The notes below the pieces were generated by a model. It worked only from the letters and a program-made list of their open reading frames with translations. It made no database searches and had not been told where the DNA came from. From Thermotogota bacterium (GTDB lineage: Bacteria; Hydrothermota; Hydrothermia; LBFQ01), in the NCBI GenBank assembly GCA_013153965.1, contig JAADDJ010000017.1, positions 6,242 through 70,241 on the forward strand: a stretch of DNA of 64,000 nt, given 5' to 3'. Position numbers and translations under genes: made by a program. Below are positions 1-9,223 of this stretch, one piece after another. Numbering within the stretch: the first letter of the stretch is position 1; every line of letters starts with the position of its first letter.

Positions 1-756
1 ACGGCCGTCGCCATAGCCGACTCCCTCAATACCGTTGATGGCCTCCTACAGATAGACTACAGATGGACATCCTCCAAGGATCCTCTGGGCATAAGGACGA
101 ACGTGCGTAGATTCTTGGCCCTTCTCCTGTCCGCGGAGGCCGGATACATATTCGGCAGGTACGACTTGGAGACCTTCCTATCCCTCACCCACACCTATTC
201 GGCGAAGGAACGGGTGTGGAAGGAGTTGGTGGAGGAGATGCTGCCCAACGCCCTCGCGTGGGTGCAGGAGGTATTCTCCTATCCCTTCTATCCCAGCGAG
301 CCGGCCAACGTGCGCAAGACCTACAGGGGCGATAACGTGTTCTTGGCGGCACTCCGTGCCCGGGCCTACGAGGAGGTGGTCAGGGGTGAGGCTCGGGAGC
401 GCTTTGAGACGATCCTGAAGCGGTTGAGGCGCATAGTCAATAGCTCGGCCAAGCGATTCCTGAAGGAGGAGGAGCCGGGCCTCTCGCGCAGGTATGAGAG
501 GCGTTTGGAGGAGGTGATCGGTGAGATAGAGCGGGCGGTACCGGAAGGGAAGGACCGAATTCTGAGCGCCCCGCCGGAGGAGCTGCTTGACGCGCACGTG
601 CGGTACTTCCGTTCGCTCCTGACCCTTCACGACGCCCTGGACGAGTTCTTCACCCACGTTCCCGTCATGGTAGAGGACGAAGCCGACCGGAAACGCAGGC
701 TATCACTTCTGGGAAGGGCCCTAAAGCTGATAGACGAAGTGATACCGGGCGCCTGA
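1..756 (+). CDS. glyS: Glycine--tRNA ligase beta subunit, C-terminal anticodon-binding fragment; gene continues upstream of the window
   Basis: Frame is open from base 1. The C-terminal motif FFTHVPVMVEDEADRKRRLSLL matches the conserved GlyS C-terminus (FFDNVMVMAEDEALRNNRL in E. coli). Confidence 0.7.
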   Translation, partial: TAVAIADSLNTVDGLLQIDYRWTSSKDPLGIRTNVRRFLALLLSAEAGYIFGRYDLETFLSLTHTYSAKERVWKELVEEMLPNALAWVQEVFSYPFYPSEPANVRKTYRGDNVFLAALRARAYEEVVRGEARERFETILKRLRRIVNSSAKRFLKEEEPGLSRRYERRLEEVIGEIERAVPEGKDRILSAPPEELLDAHVRYFRSLLTLHDALDEFFTHVPVMVEDEADRKRRLSLLGRALKLIDEVIPGA

Positions 757-760
757 TGCT

Positions 761-1684
761 ATGACCTTCCTATACGTGGCCATCGGAATATTCGGAGGCT
801 ACATATACCTCAAGCTGGCGGAGGGTCTGAATCTCTTTCGCGACAGGGTCTCTCCCGATAAGATCCGGGGCGGTGGTGTGGTTCTCCTGCCGGTGATACT
901 GTGGTATCTGGCTAAGAGCGTATCCGGCTATCACAACCTGATGGCCGCCATAACCGTCCTCATAGCGATCGTGGGACTGTGGGACGACTACAGGGGAGTC
1001 TCCGGGTACGTTAAGGCGGGTATAACCCTCCTGGTCGGCCTGGTGATCCTATGGTTCTTGGGATGGGTCATACCCATAAGGATTCTGGGGTACGAGGTCT
1101 ATGTGCCTATCTTCAACGAGGTTTTCTGGCTGCTCTTTTTCATGGGCTTCGTCAATGCCTTCAACGTCATAGACGGGAGGGATGGGGTCCTTCTGACGAC
1201 CTCCCTCATCCTTCTGGCTTACCTGTATCTCCTGACGGCCGACATCATGTATCTGCACGTCGCCGCCGTGGCGGCGGGCCTCCTCGTTTGGAACACCCCA
1301 CCGGCGCGCTTGATAATGGGAGATGTAGGCTCCTACGTGCTGGGTACGTTCATCACGGCCTCCTTCCTCACCCTATCCCATATACCGGTTGAGGCCCGTC
1401 TTCTGGCCCTCAGCTTCCCCCTTATGGATACCCTCACGACCATAGCACGTCGCCTCTCAAGGCGCCAGAGCATATTTCAGGCCGACACCGAGCACATACA
1501 TCACGTCCTCTACTCCCGCTTCGGGGATCGCAGGGGTCTTCTCCTCATAATGCTCATAAACCTCGCATCCGTGGGGCTTTCGGCCCTCTACCTCAAGGTC
1601 GGGCCTTCAATCCTACCTCTGGGATTGGTGTGGTGGGCGCTGCTCGCCGCCATCTCTTTTATACTGCCCAAACGCCCCTCTTAA
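761..1684 (+). CDS. Glycosyltransferase family 4 (MraY/WecA family) undecaprenyl-phosphate sugar-1-phosphate transferase
   Basis: Polytopic membrane protein with the WDD motif and the NAFNVIDGRDG motif (NxxNxxDGxDG) characteristic of MraY/WecA. At 307 aa it fits WecA/TagO-like rather than MraY. Confidence 0.75.
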   Translation: MTFLYVAIGIFGGYIYLKLAEGLNLFRDRVSPDKIRGGGVVLLPVILWYLAKSVSGYHNLMAAITVLIAIVGLWDDYRGVSGYVKAGITLLVGLVILWFLGWVIPIRILGYEVYVPIFNEVFWLLFFMGFVNAFNVIDGRDGVLLTTSLILLAYLYLLTADIMYLHVAAVAAGLLVWNTPPARLIMGDVGSYVLGTFITASFLTLSHIPVEARLLALSFPLMDTLTTIARRLSRRQSIFQADTEHIHHVLYSRFGDRRGLLLIMLINLASVGLSALYLKVGPSILPLGLVWWALLAAISFILPKRPS

Positions 1685-2325
1685 CCTTCCTCCAGACGTC
1701 TTAGGATCTCCGCGAAGTAGGGACGCAGCCGCCTACGATTCTCCTCCCAGACGGCACTGAGGGTATTTTGAAAGCTCCCTATCAGGAATCTGTTCTCCCA
1801 GAAGAAGTACCATATGGCCGCATCTACGTAATGGCGTTTCTTGAGCGAGTAAGTGATGCCGGCGAAACCTACGGCCACGGCGGCGAACGTCTTTAGACCT
1901 TGCCACGGACGTCCCGCGTAGGCCAACCCCGCCCCGGGGATGAGATTGATGAGCAGAGCCTTCTGGGGATCCAGAAGGGGAGGCAGGAGGGCCTTCAGGC
2001 TATCCGCGAGCGGATGCCTCGGAAAATCCAACATGTAAGCCCGATAGAGCACGACATCCCGCTCGGAGAAGCAGGTCGTGTCCTTGAGCATCTCCCCCGC
2101 ACTCTCAAGGTAGAATTTGGCCATCTTCAGGACCAACAGGTACCTCTTAGCCTCGCACCCATCCAGCCGGGCCAGAACGTTTATGGCCCCCAGAGTGTCC
2201 CCATCTTGGGCGAGGGCACGAGCGTACAGGAGGCTGTCGTTTATGCGTAGAGCCTCAAGCTGGGCCGAGCGACCGTCCCCCACCCAGAGCAGGGTCAAAA
2301 CCAGCAGCGAATCTCCCAAACCCAA
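1681..2325 (-). CDS. Hypothetical protein with a hydrophobic segment; probable TTG start
   Basis: Long ORF with coding-like codon usage. It overlaps the upstream gene's end by 4 nt. No recognisable motif. Confidence 0.4.
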   Translation of the reverse strand: MGLGDSLLVLTLLWVGDGRSAQLEALRINDSLLYARALAQDGDTLGAINVLARLDGCEAKRYLLVLKMAKFYLESAGEMLKDTTCFSERDVVLYRAYMLDFPRHPLADSLKALLPPLLDPQKALLINLIPGAGLAYAGRPWQGLKTFAAVAVGFAGITYSLKKRHYVDAAIWYFFWENRFLIGSFQNTLSAVWEENRRRLRPYFAEILRRLEEG

Positions 2326-2379
2326 GAGCCTATTTTAACGATGCTCGGCCATCCGAAATCTCCCTTAGAATTTCAAGTT

Positions 2380-2673
2380 ATGGGAAGGAAGAGCGAAGAT
2401 TCCTTACTCTTCGTGATAGGGCTTTTGACGGGAGCGGCCTTGGGAGCTTTGGCCGCGCTGCTGACGACTCCCTACACGGGTGAGGAGGTGAGAAACAAGC
2501 TGGCGAACAGGAGCAAAGAGGCGCGCGAGAAGCTCAAGGAGCTCCGCAGGCAACTGGAGGAGGAGTTCTCCGAGAAGTCGGGGAAACTCAAGGGGGAGGC
2601 AGCCGAGAGGCTGGACACTCTGAGAAAGAAGGTTGATGAACTTTTAGACAAGCTGGAAACCTACCTCTCTTAG
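2380..2673 (+). CDS. YtxH-domain protein: N-terminal TM helix plus coiled coil
   Basis: LLFVIGLLTGAALGALAALLTTPYTGEEVRNKL matches the YtxH/DUF948 signature. TAGAAT lies 8 nt upstream of the internal ATG at 2380, so the 2341 start is probably spurious. Confidence 0.6.
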   Translation: MGRKSEDSLLFVIGLLTGAALGALAALLTTPYTGEEVRNKLANRSKEAREKLKELRRQLEEEFSEKSGKLKGEAAERLDTLRKKVDELLDKLETYLS

Positions 2674-2683
2674 AGTCGTAGAG

Positions 2684-3418
2684 GTGAGGACGCTCGTACT
2701 TTCGGACATACACGCCAACTGGGTGGCGTTGGAGGCAGTGCTGGCTTTCCTGCGCGGGAGAGGCCTAAGGTACGATGATGTGGTGATACTCGGGGATTAC
2801 GTGGATTATGGAACGAGACCCAACGAGGTGATTGAGTGGGCCCGGGAGAACTGCTCGCTGTGTCTGCTGGGGAATCACGACGCGGCCCTCCTCAACCCCT
2901 CCGAGAGGAGGTACTTCTCGGATCTGGCCCTAAAGTGCAGTCTCTGGACGGAGAAGGTGATAAAACCCGAGAACCTACGATTCCTCTCCCGCCTGCGCCC
3001 CGCCTCCCGCAGGGGCGACATCTTCCACTCCCACGGCTCCCCGGCCGATCCCCTCTGGGGGTACGTATTCTCCGATGAGGACGCCCGAAAGGCCCTTCGC
3101 TCCTCCTCCGGCGCCAAGATCGTACTTCTGGGACACACCCATATCCCCTCCTACTTCGCCGGTGCCAAGGGCCAGATATTCTCGGGCCACGTGGTCGGGG
3201 AGGAGTTCAGCATAAAGCTCATGCCCTCCGTCAGGTACGTGATAAATCCCGGCTCCGTGGGACAGCCGAGGGACGGTCTCGGAGGGGCATCCTTCGGCAT
3301 ACTGGATTCGGAGGAGGGGAGATTCACCTGGTACAGGGTGGATTACGATATAACCCCCCTCAAGGACGAGATTCGGAGGGCGGGTCTTCCGATGAGTCTT
3401 CTGAACTATTTCCTCTGA
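2684..3418 (+). CDS. Metallophosphoesterase (calcineurin-like phosphoesterase family)
   Basis: LVLSDIHAN, GDYVDYG, LLGNHD and GHTH motifs are present. Confidence 0.75.
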   Translation: MRTLVLSDIHANWVALEAVLAFLRGRGLRYDDVVILGDYVDYGTRPNEVIEWARENCSLCLLGNHDAALLNPSERRYFSDLALKCSLWTEKVIKPENLRFLSRLRPASRRGDIFHSHGSPADPLWGYVFSDEDARKALRSSSGAKIVLLGHTHIPSYFAGAKGQIFSGHVVGEEFSIKLMPSVRYVINPGSVGQPRDGLGGASFGILDSEEGRFTWYRVDYDITPLKDEIRRAGLPMSLLNYFL

Positions 3419-4232
3419 TACCGACAACCAGACCCAGAATCAACATCAGAAGGTCGGTTATGGCTATGGCCACGCGGGTAAGCAGGGCGAACACCGACGA
3501 CGATAGGTCGTAGCCCATGACCGCCGTTATGATACCCTCCCGTATCCCCAGCCCCGCCGGCGTCAGAGGTATCACGTAGGAGGCCACGAAGGAGAAGGAG
3601 TATATGAAGGCGATCTCCCTGAATCCCCGCTCCCAGCCGATACTTCGCGATATCAAGAACGCGGCGACCCCCGAAATCGCCCAGTACATCACCGACACAC
3701 CCACGGCCAGAAGAACGTAGTCCATCCTCCTCGGGTAGTGCTCAACGCGGGGGAACCATCGGGCGAGCAGGAGTATGACCCGCCTCCATGCGAACAGCAT
3801 CAGCAGGAGGACGATGGTTATCCCCATCTGGATGGGGAGGAAGCGGGGGAGGATGAAGGAGAAGATGGAGGCTCCCACCATCAGAACGAGATGCTCGTAG
3901 AACATGGCGGATATGACGAGGGAGGATGGATAGGGCAGGAGGGAAGCCCTACCCACGAACTGCCACACCTTGCCGGGGATGTACCTGCCGACCGACGAGA
4001 CGAACCAAGAATGGACGGCCTCCTCGGGCGTCATGGCGAATCCGAACGCCCTTCCCACGAGGAGCCAGATCATCGGAAGCAGAAGGTAGGAGAGCGAGAG
4101 GACGGCTATGGCTCCGACGAAGTGGCCGACCGAGAAGCTCAATCGTCCCAACTCCCCCAGATTCCGCAGTATCGGATAGAGGGCGAAGGCGATTCCCACG
4201 ATGGCTATCAGGTATTTGAGCAGTTTCTTCAA
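3360..4232 (-). CDS. Flippase-like membrane protein (UPF0104, lysylphosphatidylglycerol-synthase transmembrane-region family)
   Basis: Eight or more predicted TM helices. The N-terminus MKKLLKYLIAIVGIAFALYPIL is typical of the family. Confidence 0.55.
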   Translation of the reverse strand: MKKLLKYLIAIVGIAFALYPILRNLGELGRLSFSVGHFVGAIAVLSLSYLLLPMIWLLVGRAFGFAMTPEEAVHSWFVSSVGRYIPGKVWQFVGRASLLPYPSSLVISAMFYEHLVLMVGASIFSFILPRFLPIQMGITIVLLLMLFAWRRVILLLARWFPRVEHYPRRMDYVLLAVGVSVMYWAISGVAAFLISRSIGWERGFREIAFIYSFSFVASYVIPLTPAGLGIREGIITAVMGYDLSSSVFALLTRVAIAITDLLMLILGLVVGIRGNSSEDSSEDPPSESRP

Positions 4233-4291
4233 ACGTTCAATTCTATGGAGGGGCCTTCCATTTCCTCCTTGCGGGAGTATAATTTACGCTC

Positions 4292-6214
4292 ATGTTGATC
4301 GGAATAATTTCCGCCGTACTTCTGTACGAGGATTTTGAGGATGCCACCTTCCCGCCCACAGGGTGGGATTCCACATACACCAACTACTATCTCAGGTGGC
4401 AGAGGAGAACCAGCGGCGTCGTCTTCGGAACCGCCTCGGCGGGAGTCGCCACCGCTCAAGGGTACGATGACACCGGAGAATCCGAGCTCTACACTCCTCC
4501 CATTCCCTTCGCCTCCCTTGATAGCCTGATATTCTTCTACGAGTTCCCGGGCACCCTGGTGGCCTTCGCATCCACGTCCGACACCGTTTATCTGCAGTAT
4601 TCGCTTGACGATGGAGCCACGTGGAATACCCTGTGGTACATAGACAGTACGTCCGTCATAGCAGTTGATACCACCATAAAGGTCGCCCTGTACTTGGGGG
4701 ACATAGCCGGTCCCGACACCATCATATTCCGCTGGAGGTTCGTGGATTACACCACCGCCACCATAGCCTACAACCGCTACTTCAACATAGACTCAATAAC
4801 CGTCCTCGGCACCGCCCTCGGCAACCTGCCTCCCACGGTGGCGCTGGTGGGGACCGTACCCACGTGCCCCGACACCGCCGATTCGGCTTACGTGGTATTC
4901 ACCGCCTCCGACCCTGACGGCTCCGTGGCTTCGGCTACCCTCAAGTACTCCTACGATGGCACCACCTTTGACGACGCGATAACCGTCAATCTGGCCGCCG
5001 ACACCTTCGTGGCGGCCGTGCCTCCCAGAGGAGCATACGGGAAGGTGTATTACTACGCCGTGGCGTACGACGATGCGGGCGATTCCACGGTTTCCGACCT
5101 CGGATATTACATAGCAGGCTTCAAGAAGATTTACGAGGTTAGGGGCCTAACTTTGGGCGACAGCGTCCAGGTCAAGGCGCAGGTGACGAGGGCTTTCGGA
5201 AGCGCCGTATATGTTCAGGATAGCACCGAGCCCGTCGGCGGCGTGAGCAGCGGTATGGTCGTATATAGCAGCGACTTCAGCGCGGCCGTTGATACGGGAT
5301 ACTTGGCCTGCATACGGGGTATAACGACCGAATATAGGAGCCTGTTTGAGGTGTCTCCCGTCCATGCCTTTGAGGTCATAGATAGCAGCAGCGTATATCC
5401 TCCCGTGTATATCACCGTAGCCGACATGAATGAGACCTACGAGGGCATGCTGGTGGCCGTCAGGGGATTTACGTGGAGCACGTATCCGGGCACCTTCGCG
5501 GCGAGCACCAACTACGACATAAGCGACAGCACCGGAACGGGAGTGCTGAGGATCTCCTCCTCCTCCACGACGGATATTGATGGCGAGCCTGCCCCCGACG
5601 GCGTCTTGGAGGTATGGGCGGTCCTCGGCCAGTACTACAGCACCTATCAGCTGCTGCCCAGGTACATAAACGACTTCTCCCCCTACGTTGAGGCCATAAC
5701 CATAACGCCCGACACTCCCGTTATCAACTCTCCGGCCACCGTGACGGCCCGAGTCTATGATCCCGACGGTCTTTCCGACGTCTTCCTCCACTACTCGGCC
5801 GATACCACCGCCGGCTACATCACGGTTCCCGCCGACAGCATCACGGCTGACTCCACGGCGTACTTCACCATAGATTCCGTTCCCGCCGGCGACACCCTGT
5901 ACCTGAAGGTTGAGGCCAGCGACAGCCGAGGCCGCATCACCTACAGCTTCATCCAAGCGTACCCGACGACCGTAAATGTCGCCTCCAGCGAGCGTCCGAG
6001 CGTGGAGACCTACGTAGATGTACTTCCCGTCCCCGGCGGTATCCTCCTCCGGTGGTCGGTCCCCGCGCCTAAGGTCATCAAGGTCTATAGTGCCAGCGGT
6101 AGGTTGTACTCCGTCGTGAGGCTCAACGGCACGGGGAGCAGGCGCGTCTCCCTGCCCAGAGGTGTCTATTTCCTCAGGAACGGAAAGGAGATCGGTAGGA
6201 TCGTAGTCAGATGA
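4292..6214 (+). CDS. Large secreted protein with Ig-like/beta-sandwich repeats and a T9SS-like C-terminal sorting domain
   Basis: C-terminus KVYSASGRLYSVVRLNGTGSRRVSLPRGVYFLRNGKEIGRIVVR resembles the Por-secretion tail (xGxxVxxxxxxxG...GVYFv). TATAAT lies 8 nt upstream of the ATG. Confidence 0.6.
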   Translation: MLIGIISAVLLYEDFEDATFPPTGWDSTYTNYYLRWQRRTSGVVFGTASAGVATAQGYDDTGESELYTPPIPFASLDSLIFFYEFPGTLVAFASTSDTVYLQYSLDDGATWNTLWYIDSTSVIAVDTTIKVALYLGDIAGPDTIIFRWRFVDYTTATIAYNRYFNIDSITVLGTALGNLPPTVALVGTVPTCPDTADSAYVVFTASDPDGSVASATLKYSYDGTTFDDAITVNLAADTFVAAVPPRGAYGKVYYYAVAYDDAGDSTVSDLGYYIAGFKKIYEVRGLTLGDSVQVKAQVTRAFGSAVYVQDSTEPVGGVSSGMVVYSSDFSAAVDTGYLACIRGITTEYRSLFEVSPVHAFEVIDSSSVYPPVYITVADMNETYEGMLVAVRGFTWSTYPGTFAASTNYDISDSTGTGVLRISSSSTTDIDGEPAPDGVLEVWAVLGQYYSTYQLLPRYINDFSPYVEAITITPDTPVINSPATVTARVYDPDGLSDVFLHYSADTTAGYITVPADSITADSTAYFTIDSVPAGDTLYLKVEASDSRGRITYSFIQAYPTTVNVASSERPSVETYVDVLPVPGGILLRWSVPAPKVIKVYSASGRLYSVVRLNGTGSRRVSLPRGVYFLRNGKEIGRIVVR

Positions 6215-6216
6215 TT

Positions 6217-6249
6217 GCGGGAGGGGGGCTTCGGCCCCCCTTTCCCCGC
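6217..6249 (+). terminator. GC-rich hairpin between tandem genes: GCGGGAGGGGGGC-UUCG-GCCCCCC(UU)UCCCCGC, 13 bp with a UUCG tetraloop
   Basis: A perfect inverted repeat read directly in the sequence, 3 nt after the stop at 6214. It is followed by UUUAAAAU, which doubles as the -10 box of the next gene. Confidence 0.45.
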
Positions 6250-6254
6250 ACCTT

Positions 6255-6260
6255 TAAAAT
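6255..6260 (+). promoter_or_regulatory. -10 box TAAAAT, 9 nt upstream of the ATG at 6270 (leaderless-type promoter)
   Basis: The motif CCTTTAAAAT recurs upstream of the starts at 24639 and 34146. Confidence 0.45.
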
Positions 6261-6269
6261 CCCCTCCGA

Positions 6270-7994
6270 ATGCTCCTCTTTCTTTTAGATGCCACCTACA
6301 CGGTGTATAAGTCCGGCGACGACGGAAGCGTCGGAACCCTCCGGTGGGCCATAGAGATGGCCAACTCCACCACCTCCCCGGATACCGTGGAGTTCAACAT
6401 CCCCACGTCGGACCCGGGATACGTGTGCGTCTCGGGAAACTGCTGGTGGAGGATAACTTTGAGCGACACGCTGCCGGATATAACCTCCCCTCTACTTTTG
6501 GACGGATGGTCCCAGACGGCCTATGCGGGCAACACGAACCTGTGCGCCCCATCTTTCAGGGCGGCACCCGACTCGGCCGGATGGACCGGCGTTAGGGATG
6601 GGGAGAGTCGGCAGGTCGGAACTCTGGGGGCGACCCTTCCCTACTTCCCCTGCCCGGAGGTTGAGATTGACCTGAACGGCCTCTCGTCGGTGTGGGGTTT
6701 TCTGACTATCGCGTCGGACAGCGTGATGCTCCGCGGGATCGCCCTCTTCGGAGGCGGCGGAAGCTCCGGAAGTCAGGTGATACGGGTACGACCGGGCAGC
6801 GATGGCGTGATTTTGAGGGAGATGTTCGTGGGTATTCCCGCCGACGGCAGCATCCCGACCGATTCCACCCCCTCCGACTGTATATTCGTTGATGAGAGTA
6901 CTTCGGGGGTCTTGGCGCGCCTTTATGTGGGCTTCTGCGGCTCTCACGGTGTGAAGTTCGGGAATACGTCGGCGACAACGTCCGGAGGGTGGGTCTTGGA
7001 CTCTTCGGAGATATTCGCCAGCGCGTGGTACTTCAATCAGGGGGACAACGTGAATATATATTTCAGGAATGTGCGACTCCTCCATAACCTCATACACTCC
7101 TCCGACCATCCCACGGCCAGCGATATACGGGTCTTCGGTGCGGGCGTTGAGATAAGGTACGACGCCGACTCAGCCCAGATTCTGGAGAGTACCATATACG
7201 GCAACGGAACGAAGGGAATATTCGTTGATGGGGGGGCCGAGGACGTGGAGATACTCTTCAACCGCATATACGGGAACGGATGGCACCTTCCGGGTCCCGG
7301 CGTAGGCGTGGGTGAGCGCAAGGGGATATCAAGGCGGGTTCTCATATCGTCCAATCACTTCTCCCACAACGGGGGTCTGGCGATAGATTTGGACTCCTCC
7401 GGAGCGTCGGGGTCGGCCGGAGACGGACCTACGTGCAACGACGGCCTGCGCCAAACCTTCAACTCAAACGTCCTTATAGACTACCCCTACATAGACTCGG
7501 CCCGAATGTACGTGGTTTCTGGTGATACTCTCCTGCTCGTGTGGGGTAGGGCCCTGACCGGGGCGGATAGCGTTGAGGTCTATCTCGTATCAACCCCCGA
7601 CACCTCCAAATGTCCGGGCGATATGAACGGCCACGGCGAGGGGGGAACGCTTCTGGGGAGAGCCGCGGTGCTCCTTGGGGAATTCTCCATGAGCGTGAAG
7701 GTGGATAGCTCCGGTCCGGACTGGTCGTCCGGTAGCCTGTACATAACGTCCATAAGCACCGACCCCGAGGGCAACACGTCGGAATTCTCCGAGAATTTCC
7801 CCCTACCGGTACCCGTTGGGGAGAGCGATGAGCTGGGAGTATCCGAGTTCGTGCGCTCCCCGAAGCCGGATGCCCACGTCCGTATATACGGGGCGGACGG
7901 CAGGCTCATCTTCACGGGTAGATACGGGGACTTCACGGGGAGGGGCGTACTCTTCGTCGTTGAGGGTGGCAGGGTCATCAAGGTTCTGCGTTAG
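6270..7994 (+). CDS. Secreted right-handed parallel beta-helix (pectate-lyase/NosD-like repeat) protein with a T9SS-like C-terminal sorting domain
   Basis: Repeated segments of the IYGNGTKGIFVDGGAEDVEILFNRIYGNGWH type. C-terminus VRIYGADGRLIFTGRYGDFTGRGVLFVVEGGRVIKVLR. Confidence 0.6.
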   Translation: MLLFLLDATYTVYKSGDDGSVGTLRWAIEMANSTTSPDTVEFNIPTSDPGYVCVSGNCWWRITLSDTLPDITSPLLLDGWSQTAYAGNTNLCAPSFRAAPDSAGWTGVRDGESRQVGTLGATLPYFPCPEVEIDLNGLSSVWGFLTIASDSVMLRGIALFGGGGSSGSQVIRVRPGSDGVILREMFVGIPADGSIPTDSTPSDCIFVDESTSGVLARLYVGFCGSHGVKFGNTSATTSGGWVLDSSEIFASAWYFNQGDNVNIYFRNVRLLHNLIHSSDHPTASDIRVFGAGVEIRYDADSAQILESTIYGNGTKGIFVDGGAEDVEILFNRIYGNGWHLPGPGVGVGERKGISRRVLISSNHFSHNGGLAIDLDSSGASGSAGDGPTCNDGLRQTFNSNVLIDYPYIDSARMYVVSGDTLLLVWGRALTGADSVEVYLVSTPDTSKCPGDMNGHGEGGTLLGRAAVLLGEFSMSVKVDSSGPDWSSGSLYITSISTDPEGNTSEFSENFPLPVPVGESDELGVSEFVRSPKPDAHVRIYGADGRLIFTGRYGDFTGRGVLFVVEGGRVIKVLR

Positions 7995-7997
7995 AAT

Positions 7998-9167
7998 ATG
8001 CCTGTGCTCTTGGGTGCCGCCACCAGTGCCCATCAGATAGAGGGGGGAACGTACAACGATTGGAGCCTGTGGGAGGAGGAGGGCAAGGCGCCTCCCGTGG
8101 GTGAGGCCTGCAACAGCTGGGAGCGGATGGAGGAGGATATAGCACTACTTCGCAGGATAGGGGCCAACGCCTACAGATTCAGCTTGGAGTGGAGCCGCAT
8201 AGAGGTGGAGGAAGGGCTGTTCAACTTGAAGAATCTTTTCAGATATCGCAGGTTCGTGCGGGCCCTCCTTGATGCGGGGATAACCCCCATAATTACCCTG
8301 CACCACTTCACCAACCCGGTGTGGTTCTACCGCTCGGGAGGGTGGCTCCGCCCGGATGCCCCGGACATCTTCGCCCGCTACGCGGACCTCGTCAGCAAGT
8401 ACCTGCCGGAGGTGAAGCTTTGGATAACCATAAACGAGCCCAACGTCTATGCCTACAGGGGATTCGTCGCGGGAGACTGGCCCCCCGGCGAGAGGTCCCT
8501 GTGGAAGGCCCTCAAGGTCCTTAGGCACATGATGCGGGCCCACTCCGCTGCCTACGAGGCCATAAAGGGCAACGTTAGGGGGGCGGCCGTGGGTATGGCC
8601 CATCATCTGAGGGTATTTACACCCGTGGGGCTCTTGGGGAGAATCCCCGCGGCCTTGAGGGAGTACATGTTCAACTTCGTGCCCGTCTTCTCCGAGGTTT
8701 CGGGGGAGATCCCGCCGCCCGTGGCCATGATGGAGAGGATACGGGCCGGTGGAGACTTCATCGGCATAAACTACTACACGAGGGACAGGGTCAAGTTCTC
8801 CCTAAGGCAGCCCTTCGGGGTGGATGTGGCTCCCGAGGGCGTCTGGAGGAATTCCTTGGGGTGGGAAGTCTATCCGGAGGGACTCTACACTCTCCTGAAG
8901 CGCTACAGCTACGAGCGTCCCGTCATAATCACCGAGAACGGTATGGCCACGGAGAGGCACGACGAGAGGGTTCGCTTCGTACTTGAGCATATGCGCCAGC
9001 TGAAGAGGGCGAGGGAGGAAGGGATTGACGTTCGGGGTTATCTGTACTGGAGCCTGATGGACAACTACGAGTGGCTGGAAGGGTACTCGGCCAAGTTCGG
9101 CATCTTCACGAGAGACAGGAGGCCCAAGGGGGAATTCCACCTTCCGGACATGTGGGATAGGGCTTAG
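7998..9167 (+). CDS. Glycoside hydrolase family 1 beta-glucosidase/beta-galactosidase
   Basis: Acid/base motif WITINEPNVYA, nucleophile motif VIITENGMA, and N-terminal AHQIEGG. At 389 aa it is short for GH1. Confidence 0.8.
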   Translation: MPVLLGAATSAHQIEGGTYNDWSLWEEEGKAPPVGEACNSWERMEEDIALLRRIGANAYRFSLEWSRIEVEEGLFNLKNLFRYRRFVRALLDAGITPIITLHHFTNPVWFYRSGGWLRPDAPDIFARYADLVSKYLPEVKLWITINEPNVYAYRGFVAGDWPPGERSLWKALKVLRHMMRAHSAAYEAIKGNVRGAAVGMAHHLRVFTPVGLLGRIPAALREYMFNFVPVFSEVSGEIPPPVAMMERIRAGGDFIGINYYTRDRVKFSLRQPFGVDVAPEGVWRNSLGWEVYPEGLYTLLKRYSYERPVIITENGMATERHDERVRFVLEHMRQLKRAREEGIDVRGYLYWSLMDNYEWLEGYSAKFGIFTRDRRPKGEFHLPDMWDRA

Positions 9168-9210
9168 CCAATTCCTCCGTCCCATGGGCTTCCACCTCCC
9201 GTTTCAAGGC

Positions 9211-9216
9211 TATAAT
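9211..9216 (+). promoter_or_regulatory. -10 box TATAAT, 7 nt upstream of the nuoG-like ATG
   Basis: GGCTATAATACCGACC followed by ATG. Confidence 0.5.
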
Positions 9217-9223
9217 ACCGACC

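Noticed and set aside
2341-2379. N-terminal extension MLGHPKSPLEFQV of the YtxH ORF
   Set aside because: The YtxH domain starts at the internal Met. TAGAAT lies 8 nt upstream of that ATG (2380), and the extension would overlap the divergent promoter.
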